Shown here: positions 59,845 through 64,000 of the stretch, piece by piece
Position numbering within the stretch: position 1 is the stretch's first letter
Layout: the number at the start of each line of letters is the position of its first letter
Assembly: GCF_009914755.1 (NCBI RefSeq)
Contig: NC_060930.1
Source of the DNA: the human T2T-CHM13v2.0 reference genome, Homo sapiens
Reading direction: 5' to 3' (one strand)
Length of the DNA: 64,000 bases
Position numbers and translations under genes: made by a program
Notes under the pieces: generated by a model
Seen by the model: the letters and a program-made list of their open reading frames with translations, nothing else
Databases searched by the model: none
Told to the model about the DNA's origin: nothing

Positions 59845-62033
59845 GCATCCAGGAAAGAAGAGGATACTATTAGTATAAATATCGCAGGAGGTGTACAACC
59901 CCCTGTGATATTGTTCCTAATATCCAGGGGAAAAGAGAATGATGTTACTCCCAATATCGCAGAAAATGTACATTCACCCTGCGATATTGTTTCTGATATC
60001 CAGAGTGGGAGAGGACAATAAGACTCTAATATTGAAGGGAGTGTACACCCTCTGTGTGATACTGTTTTTAATATCCACATGAGGAGAGAATAATATTATC
60101 CCAGTATCACAAGGGGTGTACACCAGCCCTGTGATATTTTTCCTAATATCTAGGGGTGGGGGGAGATTGATATTACTTTCAGTATTGCAGGGGTGTACAC
60201 ATCCTTTGTGGTATTCTTCCTAATATCCAAAAGAAAAAAGATAACATTACTCCCCATATCGCAGCAGGTGCACACCCCCTTTGTGATATTGTTCCTAATG
60301 TATAGCGGGGAGAAAATATCACTATCACAGAGGGTGTACGATCTCCCATGATATTGTTCCTAATATCCAAAAGGAAAGAGGAGGATATTACTCCTAATAT
60401 CCAAGAAGAGAGGGGATGATGTTACTGTCAACATCGCAGGGTGTGTACATCCACCCTTTGATATAGTTTCTAATATCCATGGGGGAGAGGCTGATATTAG
60501 TTCCAATATTGCAAGGCGTGTACACCCCACTGTGATATTGTTCTTAACAATCAGACGGGGAGAGGATGATATTACTCTCAATATCTCAGAGGTTGTACCC
60601 GCATCGTAATATTGTTCCTAATATCCAAATGGGGAGAAGAAGATATCACTCCCCATATCGCAGGAGGTGTACACTCCCTGTTATATTGCTCCCAATATCT
60701 AGAGAATGAGAGGATGATATTACTCCCAATATCCCAGGGGTTGTACATAACCTTGAGATATTTTTCCTAATACCCAGACGGGGAGAAGATGGTATTATTC
60801 CCAATATTGCACGGAGCGAACATATCCCCTGTGATATTGTTACTAATATCCAGGGGGTAGAAGATGATATTACTCCCTCTATTGCAGGGGGTGTACACCC
60901 CCCTTTTGATATTGTTAATAATATCCAGGAGGAAAGACGATAATACTAATGTCAATATTGTGGGGGGTGTACACATCCCAGGTGATATTTTTTCTAATAT
61001 CCAGTGGAAAAAAAGGATTATATTAATCCCAATATCGAAGGGGGTGAACACCCCCATGTGATATTATTGTGAATATCCTGGGGGAAGAGGATGATATTAC
61101 TTCCAATATTGCAGGAGGTATACACCCTCTCTGGGATATTGTTCCTAATATCCAGGAGGGGAGAGTATGATATTACTCCAAATACTGCAGGGGGTGTCCC
61201 CCCCCCATGATATTGTTTTTAATATGCAGAAGAAAAGAGAATGATATTAATCCCAATATTTAAAGGATGTACATCCCCCCTGTGATATTATTTGTAATAT
61301 TCAGGTGGGGAGAGGATAATATTACTCCCAATATCGCAGGTAGGGGGAACACCACCTCTGTGATATTGTTCTCAATATCCACAGGGAGAAAGGATGATAT
61401 TACTCCCAATATAGCAGGGAGTGTACACCCCCCCGTGATATTTTTCCCAACATCCAGGTTTGAAGAGGATGATATTATTTTCAATATAGCAGGGGGTGTA
61501 CGCTTTGCCTGTGATATTGTTTTCAATATCCATGGACGAAGAGGATAATATTACTTGCAATATCGCAGGAGGTGTACAGCCCTCCTGTGATATTGTTCTT
61601 ACTATCCAGAAAGGAAGAAAATGATATTACTCTCAATAGCGCAGGGGAAGTACAACCCCTCCGTGATATTGTTCCTCATATGCAGAAGGGGAGAGGCTAA
61701 TATCATTCCCAATATCTCAGGTGGTCTACACACCTCTCTGTGATATTGGTTATAATATCCAGAAGGTGGAGGGTAATATTTCTCCTAAGATCGCATTTGG
61801 TGTACACCCCCCCGTGATATTGTTTCTAGTATCCAGGGAAGAAGAGGATAATATTGCTCTTAACATCGCAGCGTGTGTACACTTTCCCTGTAATATTGTT
61901 TCTAATATCCAGAGGAAAAGAGGATGATATTACTCCCAATATCGCATGGGGTGTACACCCTTCCCCGTGATATTGTTCCTAACATCCAGGGAGAGAGAGG
62001 ATAATATTACTCCCAATATCGCAGGGGGTTGTG
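59845..62033 (+). repeat. ~75-bp satellite (SATR1/SATR2-type), block 1, about 29 diverged units
   Basis: Consensus approx. GATATTACTCCCAATATCGCAGGGGGTGTACACCCCCTGTGATATTGTTCCTAATATCCAGGGGGGAGAGGAT; TGTACA recurs at 59892, 59967 and 60042 (period 75). Family name from recall; strand defined relative to this consensus. Confidence 0.9.
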
Positions 62034-64000
62034 TAAACGCCGTGCAATATTGGGATTAATATCATCCTCTCCCCCACTGGATATGAGAAACAATATCACA
62101 GGGGGTGTGTACACTTACTGTGATATTGTGAGCAATATCATCCTCTCCCCTTCTGGATATTAGAAACAATATCACAGGGATGTGTACACCCCCTGTGATA
62201 TTGAAAGTTATATCATCCTCTCTCCACCTGGATATAAGGAAGAATATCAAAGGGGGGTGTACACCCTCTAAGATATTGGGAGTAATATTGTTCTTCCCTC
62301 CTGGATATTAAAAACAATATCACATGTGGGTGTACACTCCCTGCGATATTGGGAGTAATATTATCCTCTTCCAATTTGGATACAGGGTACAGTATCACGG
62401 GGGGGATGTGTGTACATCCCCTGCAATTTTAAGAGTAATATTATACTTTCCCCCATAAATATTAAAAACAGTATCACAGGGGGGTTGTACATTATCTGCA
62501 TTGTTGAAAGTAATATTATCTTCTCTTCCCCTGGATATTTGGAACAATATCACAGAAAGGGTGTACCCCCCTTGCGATGTTAAGAGTAATATAATCCTCT
62601 CCCATGGTGGATATTAGAAACCATATCACAGGAATGTGTACATCCCATGGATATTGAAAATAATATCATCTTATTTTCCCATAAATATTAGTAAGAATAT
62701 CATGGGACAGGGGGTGTACTCCCTCTGCGATGTTGAAAGTAATATGTTCCTCTTCCTCCTGGGTATTAAATACAACATAAAAAGGTGGGTGTATAGCCCC
62801 GTGATATTGAAAGTTATATCATCCTCCCCTTTCCTGGATATTAGGCACAATATGACAGGGGGGTGTACCCCTATGTGATATTTGGAGTAATATCATCCTC
62901 ATTCTTCCAGGATATTAGGAACAATATCACAGGAAGGGTGTACATCCCTGCAATACTTGGAGTAACATCACCTTCTCCCCCTCTAAATATTAGAAACGAC
63001 ATTATAGGGGGGTGTACACACTATGCGATATTGGAAGTGATACTATTCTTCCCTCCACCCCCGCTCTGGATATTAGGGACAGTATCACAGGGCGGGTGTC
63101 CATTTCCAGTAATATTGGGAGTAATATCATCCTCTCCCTTTCTTGATATTAGGAACAATATCACAGAGGGGATGTACACTCCCTGCGATATTGGGAGTAA
63201 TATCCTCTCCCTTTCTGATTATTAGGAACAATATCACGGGGGGGTGTACACCCACTGCGATATTAGAAATAATATCATCCTCTCTGCCCCTGGATACTAG
63301 AAACAGTATGACAGAAAAGTTGTAACCCTCTACGACGTTGGGAGTAATATCCTCCTCTTTGCCACTTGGTATTAAAAACAATATCAAAAAGGGGGTGTAC
63401 AACCCCTGCAATATTGCGGTAACATCATCCTCAACTCTCCTGGATATTAGAAACGATATGACAGGAGGGGTGTAAAACCCCTGCGATATTGAGAGAAATA
63501 TCATTCTCCCCCCAACTGGATATTAGGAACAGTATCATTAGAGGAGGTGTACACCTTGTGCGATATTGGGAGTAATATCATCTTTCCCACCTTGGATATT
63601 GGGAACAATATCAAAGGCGGGGTGTACATCTGCTGTGATATTGAGATTAATATTATCCTCTCCATTTTTGAATATAAGGTACAATATCACAGAGGGAGTT
63701 TACCCATCTTGCGATATTGAAAGTAATATCATTATCTCTCCCACCCCCAGATATTAGAAACAATATCACAATGGCAGTGTACACCCCCTGCGCTATTGGG
63801 AGTAACATCATCTTCTCTCGCTTTAGATATTAAAAACATTATCACAGGGGAGAGGGGTGTACACAACCTGCGATATTCGGAGTAATATCATTTTCTCCCC
63901 CCCCGGATATTAAAAATAATATTACAGGGGAAAATACACCCCCTGCGATGTTGGGAGTAATATCATCCTCATTCTTTCTAAATATTAAGAACAATATCAT
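62034..64000 (-). repeat. Same ~75-bp satellite, block 2, inverted; about 26 units, runs off the window end
   Basis: Units read ...cccctgcgatattgggagtaatatcatcctctccc...ctggatattaggaacaatatcacagggggtgtacac..., the reverse complement of block 1. Confidence 0.9.

Noticed and set aside
59820-63757. Many ORFs with a 25-aa repeat (GCTPPAILGVISSS.PLDIRNNITG)
   Set aside because: Consequence of a 75-bp (3n) unit; frames are constantly broken by indels and stops and occur on both strands.
59845-64000. CRISPR-like array of palindromic repeats
   Set aside because: The intervening segments are homologous parts of the unit rather than unique spacers; units are highly diverged; there are no cas genes; the context is human satellite.

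Overview
This is human (primate) AT-rich, repeat-dense non-coding DNA; a human-specific AluYb8 at 2290-2596 identifies the species. I find no supportable protein-coding gene, RNA gene, CpG island or CRISPR array. The supplied ORFs are read-throughs of Alu, L1, LTR or satellite sequence, or chance AT-rich ORFs. Much of the window is transposon-derived: nested L1s (two with twin-priming 5' inversions), about 10 Alu elements or fragments, a two-LTR THE1 element, solo LTRs (THE1/MST, MER57, MER66, MLT1, MLT2), DNA-transposon fossils and MIR/L2 remnants. The last ~4.1 kb is a ~75-bp SATR1/SATR2-type satellite that flips orientation at ~62033. The most unusual structures are: (i) that strand flip, which sits on the palindromic axis of a repeat unit; (ii) an unassigned 81-nt hairpin with an adjacent partial duplication at 22103-22212; (iii) a TSD-Alu-TSD-Alu-TSD tandem at 37577-37875; (iv) a solo THE1-type LTR with an intact DUX4-type site, TATA box and splice donor. 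Repeat subfamily names are from remembered consensus motifs, not a database search. I cannot support a claim of a new biological system here; the findings are testable candidates.
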